A stretch of 64,000 bases of DNA from an uncultured Actinomycetes bacterium (GCA_963709345.1 CAVPVX010000010.1:160001-224000), one strand, 5' to 3'; positions 32,801-41,009 are shown, counted from the stretch's first letter. Translations and numbers: made by a program. The notes: generated from the letters alone by a model not told the origin.

Positions 32801-33246
32801 CCGCCGCCGACCACCAGTGCGGTGCGGTGCAGAAAGGTGCGCCGGCGCGGCAGGTCGCTCTGCTGCCGCGCTCGGGCGATCGCACCGGCGATGATGCTCT
32901 TCGCTTTCTCCTGCGCGAGCGCCGGCTGATCGCGGTGGACGAAGGAGCAGCCCTCGCGGATGTTGGCGAAGGCGACGGCGTTCTCGCCGAGCCCCAGCTC
33001 GCGGGCGATGCGCTCGAACGTGGGTCCCTGGAAGCGCGGGGAGCAACTCGCGACGACGAGGTGGTCGAGTCCGCGCTCGTCGACGGACTCCGAGATGACC
33101 TGGTGCCCCTCGGTGCCGCACATGAATTGGTTGATGGCGACGGCGACGACGCCGTCGAGGTTGCGGACGTGCTCGGCCAGGTTCTCGAGGTCGAGCACGC
33201 CGCTGATGTTGCCGCCACACTCGCAGAGGAAGACGCCGGCCCTCAT
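29890..33246 (-). CDS. hdrA: HdrL: HdrA with inserted GltD/NfnB-like NAD(P)H-binding module
   Basis: FLCECGGNI, CSP, KTFPTEDCAMC; insert with PCKSACAVH, CGRICTRLCETAC, GAGPAG, GGGDVALD, YRRTR, FAGGD, RCLNC; then QCVGSRD, CSAICC, HPKLRPV and a C-terminal ferredoxin. Confidence 0.9.
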   Translation of the reverse strand: MRAGVFLCECGGNISGVLDLENLAEHVRNLDGVVAVAINQFMCGTEGHQVISESVDERGLDHLVVASCSPRFQGPTFERIARELGLGENAVAFANIREGCSFVHRDQPALAQEKAKSIIAGAIARARQQSDLPRRRTFLHRTALVVGGGIAGMTAAEELASAGIDVHIVERQQSLGGYMARLCKTFPTEDCAMCSLAPRLTSTALEGRITVHTLTEVDAVTGPPGEFTVTLRHKPRYVSEACVGCGECAAVCPVSYPSEFEFGVADRTAISRPFAGAVPATFAVERKGWSPCKSACAVHTSAQGYVALVAASRLEEAYRVASEPNPFSSVCGRICTRLCETACARGKVDDPVAIAALKRFVADAVGPTLPVQPAPVIHDEGVAIVGAGPAGLTCARDLADLGYRVTVFEAQPVPGGMLRTGIPDYRLPHDVIQREVEQILAKGIELRLGQRAGADFTVDELLERDYSAVFLATGLQKSAAVELPGGDLSGVTRAVELLRELNLGGTPALGEKVVVIGGGDVALDAARSAIRLQKQAGHEPDVTLVYRRTRVEMPANVTEVEEAREEGLMVEFLVQPLAIRGRDGSVAGIELQRCELGDPDASGRRQPVPVDGSEFALEADTVIFAVGQALVDDFARGCPGLALENGQIRVDRETMMTTRAGVFAGGDAAAMGFYTAIEAVAAGRRAAAAIHNHLRGERLLPVWEEGAETARPSDAELDAVAIGQRVPMALVDGLERCANWNEVSRGYTAEEAVAEAKRCLNCAVCSDCGSCVQACPSGAVDWDQPETLEELTVGAVIIATGHQEFDARRKAPLGYGRHKNVLTQSQVARLLSAAGPTEGELVRPSDGAVPKRILMLQCVGSRDCTSTGNEHCSAICCLFATLHSSLIKQHYPDADVTIGYTDLRAPGKAHEEYYRLVQERGVRYVRGRFGEVQEEENGDLRVRFEDTMTGRKQEDFYDMVILSAGLEASDGTRDIARVAGLQTGAAGFIREYHPKLRPVDTQRSGMFVAGTAQGPKTIPESIAQAKAAAARAMAMLSTGFVLTPAQVAASDSEVCIGCGVCETTCPQLAVTLTVGANAHSVVDPNICRGCGICAAECPTGAIQLGGYSDAELLAEATV

Positions 33247-34244
33247 CGCACACCCGCCATCCGGCCGGTAGCGGCGGCGCGCGCGGGGCCGGCCTTCTGC
33301 CGCGCGCCGATGCGCTCGAGGAAGGGCTCGACATCCTGGGAGTGCGACTGGATGCCGACGACCTTCTCGGGGTCGGCGCCCAGGGCGAGCGCCAGCAACT
33401 GCTGCACGTGAAGATGCACGAACGGGTAATCCTCACCCGCGCTCGCGGCGATGATGTCGTGGTAGCGGTCGTACTGCACGTGGCAGTTGGGGCACATGTG
33501 CACCAGTACGTCGACGCGTTCCTCCGCCAGCCGGCGCAGCTTCTTCTGGGTGACCGCAAGCGAGATGGGCGCATTCACGAAGCGCTGCCTGAAGCCGGCG
33601 CCGCAGTGCAGCGTCTTCTCGTTGTAGTTGCCGGTGGGGGTGACGCCGGCCGGCATGAGCAATTCCTCCGGCACCATGAAGTCCTCGTTGCTCCCCAGCG
33701 TCTCGTCGGGAAAGACCTTGCAGTAGTGACAGGCCGGGTGCGTTGCGACCTTGATGCCGTCGAGGCGGCGACGAACGAGGCCGGGGACGGACCGGTGAGA
33801 TCCCCAGAGCACATCCAGCACGTGCTTGTGCTCGACGGTCGCGGCGACATGGTCGTCGTAGGAGCGGCCGACTTTCGCGAGGACGGCGTTGGTCTCGGCG
33901 CGGTACTCCTCCACGGCGAGGATGCTCCGCGCCTTCTTGTTGATCGCGTAGCAGGTGGAGCAGAGATAGCTGAACACCGGATGCTCGTCGTCCACCGCCA
34001 CGCAGGCGTTGCGCGCGGCGATGCCCACGGTGGTCTCGATCGGCATGAGGTCGGAGTAGTAGCCCAGGCCTGTGCAGCAGGTCTGCTCCGGGTTCACGGT
34101 GTATTCGATCCCCAGCCGCTCGAAGAGCCACTTGGTGGAAGACTCGACGCCCGGGTACTCGGCCGAGACGAGGCAGCTGCGGAACAGCGTGATCCCCCCG
34201 TTGGTCCGCGGTACGTCCGGGGTCTTCGTGAAGCATGTGCTCAT
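33243..34244 (-). CDS. hdrB: Heterodisulfide reductase subunit B (CCG family)
   Basis: FRSCLVSAEYPGVE, TCCTGLG, CSTC, HPACHY, HCGAG, CPNCHVQYD; AGGGAG RBS. Confidence 0.9.
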   Translation of the reverse strand: MSTCFTKTPDVPRTNGGITLFRSCLVSAEYPGVESSTKWLFERLGIEYTVNPEQTCCTGLGYYSDLMPIETTVGIAARNACVAVDDEHPVFSYLCSTCYAINKKARSILAVEEYRAETNAVLAKVGRSYDDHVAATVEHKHVLDVLWGSHRSVPGLVRRRLDGIKVATHPACHYCKVFPDETLGSNEDFMVPEELLMPAGVTPTGNYNEKTLHCGAGFRQRFVNAPISLAVTQKKLRRLAEERVDVLVHMCPNCHVQYDRYHDIIAASAGEDYPFVHLHVQQLLALALGADPEKVVGIQSHSQDVEPFLERIGARQKAGPARAAATGRMAGVR

Positions 34245-34275
34245 GGACTCCCTCGCGATAGACGACAGCCGCCAT

Positions 34276-34322
34276 TATCTATAAGTAGATGTAGTTTGAC
34301 CAATAGCATTTGCTTATAGATA
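34276..34322. promoter_or_regulatory. AT-rich inverted repeat / operator over the hdr operon promoter
   Basis: TATCTATAAGTAGATG ... CATTTGCTTATAGATA (16-nt arms, 2 mismatches); includes a T-N11-A motif; overlaps minus-strand GATAAT at 34274-34279. Confidence 0.6.
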
Positions 34323-34674
34323 GAGCACACCGCATAAGTGGTCCGGCGTGGGTGGCTCGAGAGGGCCCGGTCGAGCCCCTCGTGCCGGAGCCGGACTGCG
34401 AGAATGGTCGAGGGTCGGGGCGGCGAAAGCGGCCCCGGCCCTCGTGGCGCTCGCGCCCCCGGCGCGCGGTCTTTCTTCAATCTGTCGTACCGTCATCGAC
34501 GTTCGCGACGGCCGGACGCGTGCGTTTCGCGAAAGCGGTGGGCCAGGACGATGGAGTGCGGGCAGCACCCGATCGGGTTAGACGGGCAGCGTTTTCGGGC
34601 AGAAGCCAACTAAGGTGTACAGGCTGCGCGACACCCTCTCCGGGGCGTCGTCGCCTCTCCGACGGGAGGACTCC

Positions 34675-34911
34675 ATGGGCCAGGTCCATCCCTTGCAGAC
34701 CCCGCAGGCGGGAGACTCCGGCCCGCCGTCCCACGCGCCTGCCATGGTGCGCTCAATCGATAGCGCCCACTGTGCCCTGTGCGGCGCCAAACTCAGCGCC
34801 CGGGCGCTCAGGCATCACCTGATCTCGCCGCAGAGTTGTGAGGCGCCGATCACGGTGTGCCACACGTGTCGCAAGGCGGCGCTCGGCGAAGGGTACAGGC
34901 CGGCCGAGTGA
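34675..34911 (+). CDS. Small putative zinc-finger protein (78 aa)
   Basis: GGGAGGA RBS; CALC...CHTC; followed by a hairpin. Confidence 0.55.
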   Translation: MGQVHPLQTPQAGDSGPPSHAPAMVRSIDSAHCALCGAKLSARALRHHLISPQSCEAPITVCHTCRKAALGEGYRPAE

Positions 34912-34940
34912 AACGAGGCCGGCGCACCCCTTTGCGACCG

Positions 34941-34964
34941 ACGGGAGCCCTCGGGCTCCCGTTT
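34941..34964 (+). terminator. Hairpin terminator
   Basis: ACGGGAGCC-CTCG-GGCTCCCGT followed by a short T run. Confidence 0.55.
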
Positions 34965-34972
34965 GCTACAAT
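34964..34972 (+). promoter_or_regulatory. Extended -10 promoter of hemE (TGcTACAAT)
   Basis: TGn-TACAAT 45 nt upstream of ATG 35018. Confidence 0.5.
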
Positions 34973-35017
34973 CAGCGTCCCAGCTACGCCCTCGGACCGA
35001 CCGACCAGGTGATGCCC

Positions 35018-36043
35018 ATGCGCCTCCTCGATGCCTGCGCACGCAAGCGCGTCGACGCGACTCCCATCTGGCTCATGCGCCAGGCCGGCCGCTACCTGCC
35101 CGAGTACCGCGCCATCCGCGAGAAGATGAGCTTCGTCGAGATGTGCCGCCGGCCGGACATCGCCGCCGAGGTCACGCTTCAGCCGCTGCATCGCTTCGAC
35201 CTGGACGCGGCGATCATCTTCGCCGACATCCTGCTGCCGCTCGAGCCCATGGGCATCGGCTTCCACTTCAGCAAGGACGACGGCCCCGTGATCGAGAAAC
35301 CCATCCGCGGGGCCAAGGACCTCGAAGGCGTGCACGGCATCGACGCCGCCTCCGATCTGCAGTACGTCATGGACGCGATCCGCCTGGTGCGCCACGAGCT
35401 GGCCGAGGAGACGCCCCTGATCGGCTTCTCCGGCGCGCCCTTCACGCTGGCGAGCTACATCGTGGAGGGCGGTCACTCGCGCAACTACGCCCACGTGAAG
35501 AAGATGATGTACGCGGATCCGGTGACCTTCTCGCGCCTGATGAGCCTCATCTCAGAGGTCGTCGTCAGCTATCTCAAGGCGCAGATCGCCGCCGGCGCCC
35601 AGGTCGTACAGCTCTTCGATTCCTGGGTCGGCTGGGTGAGCCCCTATGACTACGAGCTGCTCGTGCTGCCGCACGTGCGCTTCGTCGTCGACCGCATCAA
35701 GGGGCTGGGGGCGCCGGTCATCTACTTCGGCAACGGCGCCTCGGCCATGCTCCACCACGTCGCGACGGTCGGCAGTGAAGTGATCGGCGTCGACTGGCGC
35801 ATCGAGCTTGACCGCGCCTGGGAGCAGCTCGGCGACGTTGCCGTGCAGGGCAACCTCGACCCGATCACACTCCTCGGCCCACCGAAGGCCATCGGGGAGC
35901 GCGCCACCGACGTGCTGCGCCGCGCCGGCGGGCGCCCGGGCCACATCTTCAACCTCGGGCACGGGCTGATCCCTCAGGTTCCGCCCGACAACGTCAAGTA
36001 CCTCGTCGACGCCGTGCACCGCTTCACGGCCGCCACGATCTGA
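35018..36043 (+). CDS. hemE: Uroporphyrinogen decarboxylase
   Basis: PIWLMRQAGRYLPEY, DAAIIFADIL, LIGFSGAPFTLASY, QLFDSW, QGNLDP, IFNLGHG. Confidence 0.96.
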   Translation: MRLLDACARKRVDATPIWLMRQAGRYLPEYRAIREKMSFVEMCRRPDIAAEVTLQPLHRFDLDAAIIFADILLPLEPMGIGFHFSKDDGPVIEKPIRGAKDLEGVHGIDAASDLQYVMDAIRLVRHELAEETPLIGFSGAPFTLASYIVEGGHSRNYAHVKKMMYADPVTFSRLMSLISEVVVSYLKAQIAAGAQVVQLFDSWVGWVSPYDYELLVLPHVRFVVDRIKGLGAPVIYFGNGASAMLHHVATVGSEVIGVDWRIELDRAWEQLGDVAVQGNLDPITLLGPPKAIGERATDVLRRAGGRPGHIFNLGHGLIPQVPPDNVKYLVDAVHRFTAATI

Positions 36044-36438
36044 CACCGGCCAAGGGCGCTGGCAGCGGGCGCTGGACTTGCCGAGATCGTTCGCCTTGCA
36101 GGTGCCGACCTGGGTCCAGCCGTTTCACTTGGTGAACCCGCCGTTCCTCGCCGGCGGACCTGCCGCGGGCCTGCGTCTGCAGACGATGACGTTCCTGCTA
36201 CTGACGGGATCTTCGCCCTCGCGTCACGCGGGGACGACGCCGCTCGGACGAAGGCGGCTGCCCCTGCGCGGCCGGTCTCCTTGCCGGCGTTCGGCGTGCG
36301 GGCCCGGTCAGGCAGCTCCGTGCCCTGGTCCCGTGCTCCGAAGTCCAGGGCGGCGGACGGGATGGTCCTCGGCAGGACGTGCGCGGGTCCGACCCATGAG
36401 AACGCTGCGTTCGAGGCGACGTTGTCGCGTGGCGCCTT

Positions 36439-36447
36439 TGCTAGAAT
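36439..36447 (+). promoter_or_regulatory. Extended -10 promoter of hemH-hemY (TGcTAGAAT)
   Basis: TGn-TAGAAT 80 nt upstream of ATG 36528. Confidence 0.5.
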
Positions 36448-36527
36448 GAGTCACCCGATGGAGGCCCGAACATGCGCCTGTCCGAGTGCCGCACGCTGCG
36501 ACTGCGTCTCTCGCTGGAGGAAAAGCC

Positions 36528-37511
36528 ATGACTGCGAGCCGCAGCGGAGCACCACCGAGCCTGGTCGACGTCGCCCTGCTCGCTTACGGCGGGCCGGAGA
36601 CGCCCGAGCAGATCGTGCCGTTCCTCGGACGCCTGATGGGCCGCGAACCCGACGCCGGGACGGTCGCCGCCGTGCAGGAGCGCTACGCGCTCATCGGCGG
36701 CGCCTCGCCGCTCCCGGCGATCACGGCGCGGCAGGCGGTCGCCCTGCAGGCGAAGCTCATTCAGGAGCTCGCCTTCCCGCTGCGGGTGCGCCACGGCTTT
36801 CTCTACACCGAGCCGACGGTCGCCGACTGCGTGGGGGGGCTCGACGCGCACGAGGTGATCGCCGTGCCGCTCAGCCCCTTTGCCTCATGTCTCACGACCG
36901 AGAAGTACCGGGCGCAGATAGCGGCCGCGGAGGCTGCCGCCGGCGGCCGCGAGATCCCCCTGCTCGAGGGTTGGTACACGAGCCGCGGCTTCGTGCAGGC
37001 CGTCAGTCGCCGCGCCGCGGCCGCGCTCGACGGCTCCGACGCCAACGAGTGGGCCGTCCTCTTCACGGCGCACAACGTGCCGGCGGAGACGATCGCTCAG
37101 GGCGATCCCTACGCCGAGCAGCTGCAGCACACGATCGCCCAGCTCGTGCCCGCGATCATGCCCGGCGACTGGCGCTTCGCCTATCAGAGCAAGGGGCGCG
37201 GCGGCGGGGAGTGGCTCGAGCCCGAGGTCGACGACACGGTCAGAAGGCTCGCCGAAGACGGCTGGAAGAAGATCCTCGTGATCCCCGTCGGCTTCGTCAG
37301 CGACAACGTCGAGACCCTGTACGACCTTGACATCGTGCTGCGCGAGCAGATCGAGAGTCTGGGCATGGAGTACCGCCGCTCCGCGGCTCCCAACGACTCG
37401 CCCGTGTTCATCAAGGCGCTCGCCGACGTCGTTACCGACTACCTGGCGCGCCGCCCCGTCGAGCACGCCCTGCGCCGGCCGGATGGGCCGCACGACCACG
37501 GCGGGGCGTGA
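36528..37511 (+). CDS. hemH: Ferrochelatase (probably coproporphyrin III ferrochelatase)
   Basis: LLAYGGPE, RYALIGGASPL, FTAH, AYQSKG..WLEP, PVGFVSDNVETLYDLD; GGAGG RBS. Confidence 0.93.
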   Translation: MTASRSGAPPSLVDVALLAYGGPETPEQIVPFLGRLMGREPDAGTVAAVQERYALIGGASPLPAITARQAVALQAKLIQELAFPLRVRHGFLYTEPTVADCVGGLDAHEVIAVPLSPFASCLTTEKYRAQIAAAEAAAGGREIPLLEGWYTSRGFVQAVSRRAAAALDGSDANEWAVLFTAHNVPAETIAQGDPYAEQLQHTIAQLVPAIMPGDWRFAYQSKGRGGGEWLEPEVDDTVRRLAEDGWKKILVIPVGFVSDNVETLYDLDIVLREQIESLGMEYRRSAAPNDSPVFIKALADVVTDYLARRPVEHALRRPDGPHDHGGA

Positions 37512-39091
37512 CCCCGATGGCTGAGGCGCCCGGCGCACGTCCCTCCCTGCGCGTCGCCGTGATCGGCGGCGGCATGGCCGGCCTCGGCGCGGCGCGCGTG
37601 CTCGAGCAGGCGCGCGCGCAGGACCCCGCCGTCGACTGGCAGCTCTATGAGGAGGAGCCGCGCTTCGGCGGCAAGGTGCACACCGTGCGCCGCGACGGCT
37701 TCGTGGTCGAGGGTGGACCCGACTCGGCGATCATCGAGAAGCACTGGCCGATCACGCTGGCTCGTGAGCTGGGTATCGGCGACCACTTTCAGGATTCCAA
37801 CGAGGACATCCGCAAGAGCTACGTGTACACGCGGGGGCGGCTGCACGAGCTGCCCGAGGGCATCATCCTCATGGTGCCGACGCGCATGGTGCCCTTTGCG
37901 CTCAGCGGACTGATCAGCTGGCCCGGCAAGGTCCGCATGGGCCTCGACCTTCTGCTGCCTCGGGGTGGGGCGGCGACGGGCGGCCCCGTCAACGCCGTCG
38001 GCTCGGCCATGGACGAGAGCCTCGCCGACTTCGTGCGGCGGCGCCTCGGCAAGGAGGCGCTGGCGCGCATCGCCGAGCCGATCGTCGCCGGCATCCACGC
38101 CGGCGACCCCGAGCACATGAGCGTGCGTGCGACCTTCCCGATGTTCCTCGAGATGGAGCAGCAGAACCGCAGCCTGATCCTGGCGATGGCGAGGCGTCGC
38201 AAGGCGCGGCAGAAGGCGGCCGAGGGCGCCGCCGCCCGCCCGCGCCCCGCGGGTCGCCCGCGCTCCTACTTCTACTCGTTCAAGGGTGGGCTGCAAGATC
38301 TGAGCGACGCCGCCGTTGCGTCGCTGCCCGCGGAGCGGCTGCACGCCGCCGTCGCCGTCGAGACGCTGGCGCCGCGTGCCGGCGGCGCCTCCGGCTCCGG
38401 AGGCGGGTACGAGCTGGGGCTCGCCGACGGCTCGCGAGTGGTCGCCGACGCCGTGGTGCTGGCGACGCCGGCGTGGGCGAGTGGCGACCTGCTGCGCACG
38501 GCCGCGCCGCACGCCGCGGCGGACCTCTCGTCGATTGACTACGTGAGCACCGCCACAGCGTCGATCGCCTTCCGTGCCGACCAGGTGGGGCACGACCTCA
38601 AGGGCTTCGGCTTTGTCGTGCCTCGCTCCGAGGACCGGCCGGTGATGGCGACGACGTGGAGCTCGAGCAAGTTCCCCGGGCGCGCCCCCGACGGCCACGT
38701 GCTGCTGCGCAGCTTCCTGGGCCGGGCCGGGCGCGAGGCCGCCGCCCAGCTGGACGACGACGAGATGGCGAAGGTGGTGCGCGCGGAGCTGGCCGACATC
38801 ATGGGCATCTCGGCCGAGCCCGAGTTCGTCCAGGTCTTCCGCTGGCCGCGCGGCATGCCGCAGTACCGCGTCGGTCACGTCGATCTGGTGGCCGGCATCG
38901 AGGCCGCCGTCGCGCGGGTGCCGGGCATCGAACTCGCCGGCGGCGCGTACCACGGCATCGGCATCGGCGACTGCCTGCGCGAGGGCGCGGCCGCGGCCGA
39001 GCGCGCCCTCGAGCACGTCCGCGGTCTGCCTGAAGACGACGTGCCGCCGCAGCCGCGCGACCTTCCGGCCGCCGACGGCATCGTTGAATGA
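37508..39091 (+). CDS. hemY: Coproporphyrinogen/protoporphyrinogen oxidase (HemY/CgoX)
   Basis: IGGGMAGL, GGKV, EGGPDS, GIHAGDP, WSSSKFPGRAP, MPQYRVGH, GIGIGDC. Confidence 0.93.
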   Translation: MTPMAEAPGARPSLRVAVIGGGMAGLGAARVLEQARAQDPAVDWQLYEEEPRFGGKVHTVRRDGFVVEGGPDSAIIEKHWPITLARELGIGDHFQDSNEDIRKSYVYTRGRLHELPEGIILMVPTRMVPFALSGLISWPGKVRMGLDLLLPRGGAATGGPVNAVGSAMDESLADFVRRRLGKEALARIAEPIVAGIHAGDPEHMSVRATFPMFLEMEQQNRSLILAMARRRKARQKAAEGAAARPRPAGRPRSYFYSFKGGLQDLSDAAVASLPAERLHAAVAVETLAPRAGGASGSGGGYELGLADGSRVVADAVVLATPAWASGDLLRTAAPHAAADLSSIDYVSTATASIAFRADQVGHDLKGFGFVVPRSEDRPVMATTWSSSKFPGRAPDGHVLLRSFLGRAGREAAAQLDDDEMAKVVRAELADIMGISAEPEFVQVFRWPRGMPQYRVGHVDLVAGIEAAVARVPGIELAGGAYHGIGIGDCLREGAAAAERALEHVRGLPEDDVPPQPRDLPAADGIVE

Positions 39092-39280
39092 CCTTCGCGG
39101 GGGACCGACGACACACCACCCCTCGTCGCAAATAGAGATCGTGGTCCGGAGAGCAGCGACGGCGAGCGGATCTCTCGCGTTCCGCCGGACCGCAGGGATT
39201 GCATCGTCGACGGGCAATCCCACACGTGGGCCGGTCCTTCAGACCGGGAAGAGACGACGCGCTCGCTCCGAGGAGGCACA

Positions 39281-39484
39281 ATGGAAACCTGGATACTGGT
39301 CCCGACCATCTGGTTCATCGTCTGGGTCGTCTGCCTGTGGCTCGTCTGGCGGATGGTCGACCGCAAGGACCTGAACCGCGCCCTCTGGATCATCCTCTGC
39401 ATCTTCTTCCCGGTGATCATCCTCATCGTGGTCGCGCTGCTGCCGGTGAAGCAGCGCCCGGAGCCGCCGGAGATGCTGCAGTAG
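39281..39484 (+). CDS. Small two-TM membrane protein (67 aa)
   Basis: GAGGAGG RBS; two hydrophobic helices; WIILCIFFPVI. Confidence 0.65.
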   Translation: METWILVPTIWFIVWVVCLWLVWRMVDRKDLNRALWIILCIFFPVIILIVVALLPVKQRPEPPEMLQ

Positions 39485-39509
39485 CAGACCGCGCGCGCCG
39501 CCGGCCGGG

Positions 39510-39950
39510 TCAGTACTTGCCGAGCAGCTTCCAGATCCAGCGGTGCGGCGCGTGCATGCTGAAGCCGGGCACGTTGTACATGACGGCGCAGTGCCCGGTG
39601 ATGACCGTGAGCCCGCGCTGCTCGGCTTCGGCGAGCGCCTCGGGCGTGTCGGTCATCTGGTGGATCCAGATCTGCTCGACGCCGGCGTCGGCGGCCTTGG
39701 CCACCCAGGCCGCCGTCTCCTCCTTGGGGAGCTCGAGCACGGCCGCGGCGACGGGGGCCGGGAGCGAGGCGAAGTCGGGGTAGGCCTTGTCACCCTCGAT
39801 CGTGGCGCTACCCGGGTCGATCGGATACACGGTCTTGCCCTGTTCCTTGAGCGCCCCGTAGGCGATCTTCGGGAACGCTCTCTTGCTGCCCTCGTGGCCG
39901 ACGATCGCGTAGCTGTCGCTCTCCCAGAAGCGTTCGCACTCAGATGGCAT
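39510..39950 (-). CDS. CoA-binding protein (CoA_binding_2)
   Basis: YAIVG, VYPIDP, AYPDFASLP, GVEQIWIHQ, GHCAVM. Confidence 0.82.
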   Translation of the reverse strand: MPSECERFWESDSYAIVGHEGSKRAFPKIAYGALKEQGKTVYPIDPGSATIEGDKAYPDFASLPAPVAAAVLELPKEETAAWVAKAADAGVEQIWIHQMTDTPEALAEAEQRGLTVITGHCAVMYNVPGFSMHAPHRWIWKLLGKY

Positions 39951-41009
39951 CTTCTTCCTCCTGCGCGTGGTGTTCGGGGGCGGGCGGCGCAGCGGCCCCC
40001 GCTCCTTGCTTGCTCTCGGCTCGGCTCTCGGCTTCGTTCTCGGCGTAACACTGCCCCGGGGCGACGACCTCGGGGTGGCGCCCGGCGGCGCGCAGCGCCG
40101 CCCTGACCTCGTAGCATAGATGGCATTCGTCAGCGTAGTGTGAGCGCCGCGGCGTGTGGCCGACGGCCTGGGCGAGCGCCCACGGGCCCCCGGCGAGGAT
40201 CTCGCGGATCACGCGGCCGGGCGGAGTGGGTCGTAGGCGTCGAGGACGCGCCGCAGGCCGTCTGGGCACGGCGCCGGACGGCCGTCGCCCGGAGCGCCGG
40301 GTGTGCCCTGCGCCGGCCACGGCCCGTCGCCTCCGGCGAAGACGTTGCCGGCGCTGACGCCCTGGCAGATCTGCAGCTCGCCGTCCGGGCCGACGTGAGC
40401 GCGGCCCGGATCGGTGAAGTCCTCGAAGGGGCAGGTGGTGAGCGTCTCGGGCGGCCGGGTCGCTCGCTCGGGAGCGAGCGCGACTGCCGCCCGGCCCTTG
40501 TACATCACCGCGCCGACGTCGCCGGAGCAGGCGCCGGGCACGCCGATGTCCGCCGGCGCCCCCACCTCGAGCACGCTCACGGGGATGCCGAGCGCCTGCG
40601 CCGCCAGCACCGCGTTGCGCAGGTGCTCCTCGTTCGCGTCTTCGACGAAGTAGGCGTAAGACGACAGCGAGAGGTCGGAGATGCCGAGCTCGGCGAAGGG
40701 CGCGAGCCACACCTTGGCGTCGGCGACGGTGGTCGCCCAGAAGCAGTTACTGACGATGCCGACATCGAGACCGCGCTCGCGGGCGTGCTGCGCCGCCGCG
40801 AGCACGATCGGGTACGCCAGGGTGGGCTCGCCGCCCTCGAAGTACACGTCGGTGAGCCCCAGCTCGGCGCCCTGGTCGATGACGCTCGTGAGTTGCGCGA
40901 GCGTCATCGTGCCCTCGGCGTCCGGCGACCCCCACACGAAGCAGTGGTCGCACGCGTAGGTGCAGCGGTACGTGACCAGGAAGTGGATGCTTTCGAGACA
41001 GACGGGCAT
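39940..41009 (-). pseudogene. Radical SAM protein split by a frameshift near 40215-40230
   Basis: CTYACDHC and FEGGEP in ORF 40209-41009. The C-terminal VIREILAGGP..YADECHLCY continues in another frame to 39940. TAGACT lies 6 nt before the ATG. Confidence 0.75.

Noticed and set aside
29891-33574. 1413-aa ORF suggesting a giant protein fused to MvhD
   Set aside because: Only 29333-29890 is MvhD; the rest is an Arg-rich off-frame shadow of hdrL.
24572-34244. Selenocysteine in HdrA or MvhD
   Set aside because: Cys is present at the relevant motifs; the UGA stops overlap downstream genes.
34500-34620. Cyclic di-GMP-I riboswitch or sigma28-like promoter
   Set aside because: A GAAA hairpin is present but the GGCAAA/GACGCAAA core is absent; the promoter match is weak.
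40209-40211. UGA in the second radical SAM gene as selenocysteine
   Set aside because: The conserved-looking C-terminus is in a different frame, so this is a frameshift and not read-through.
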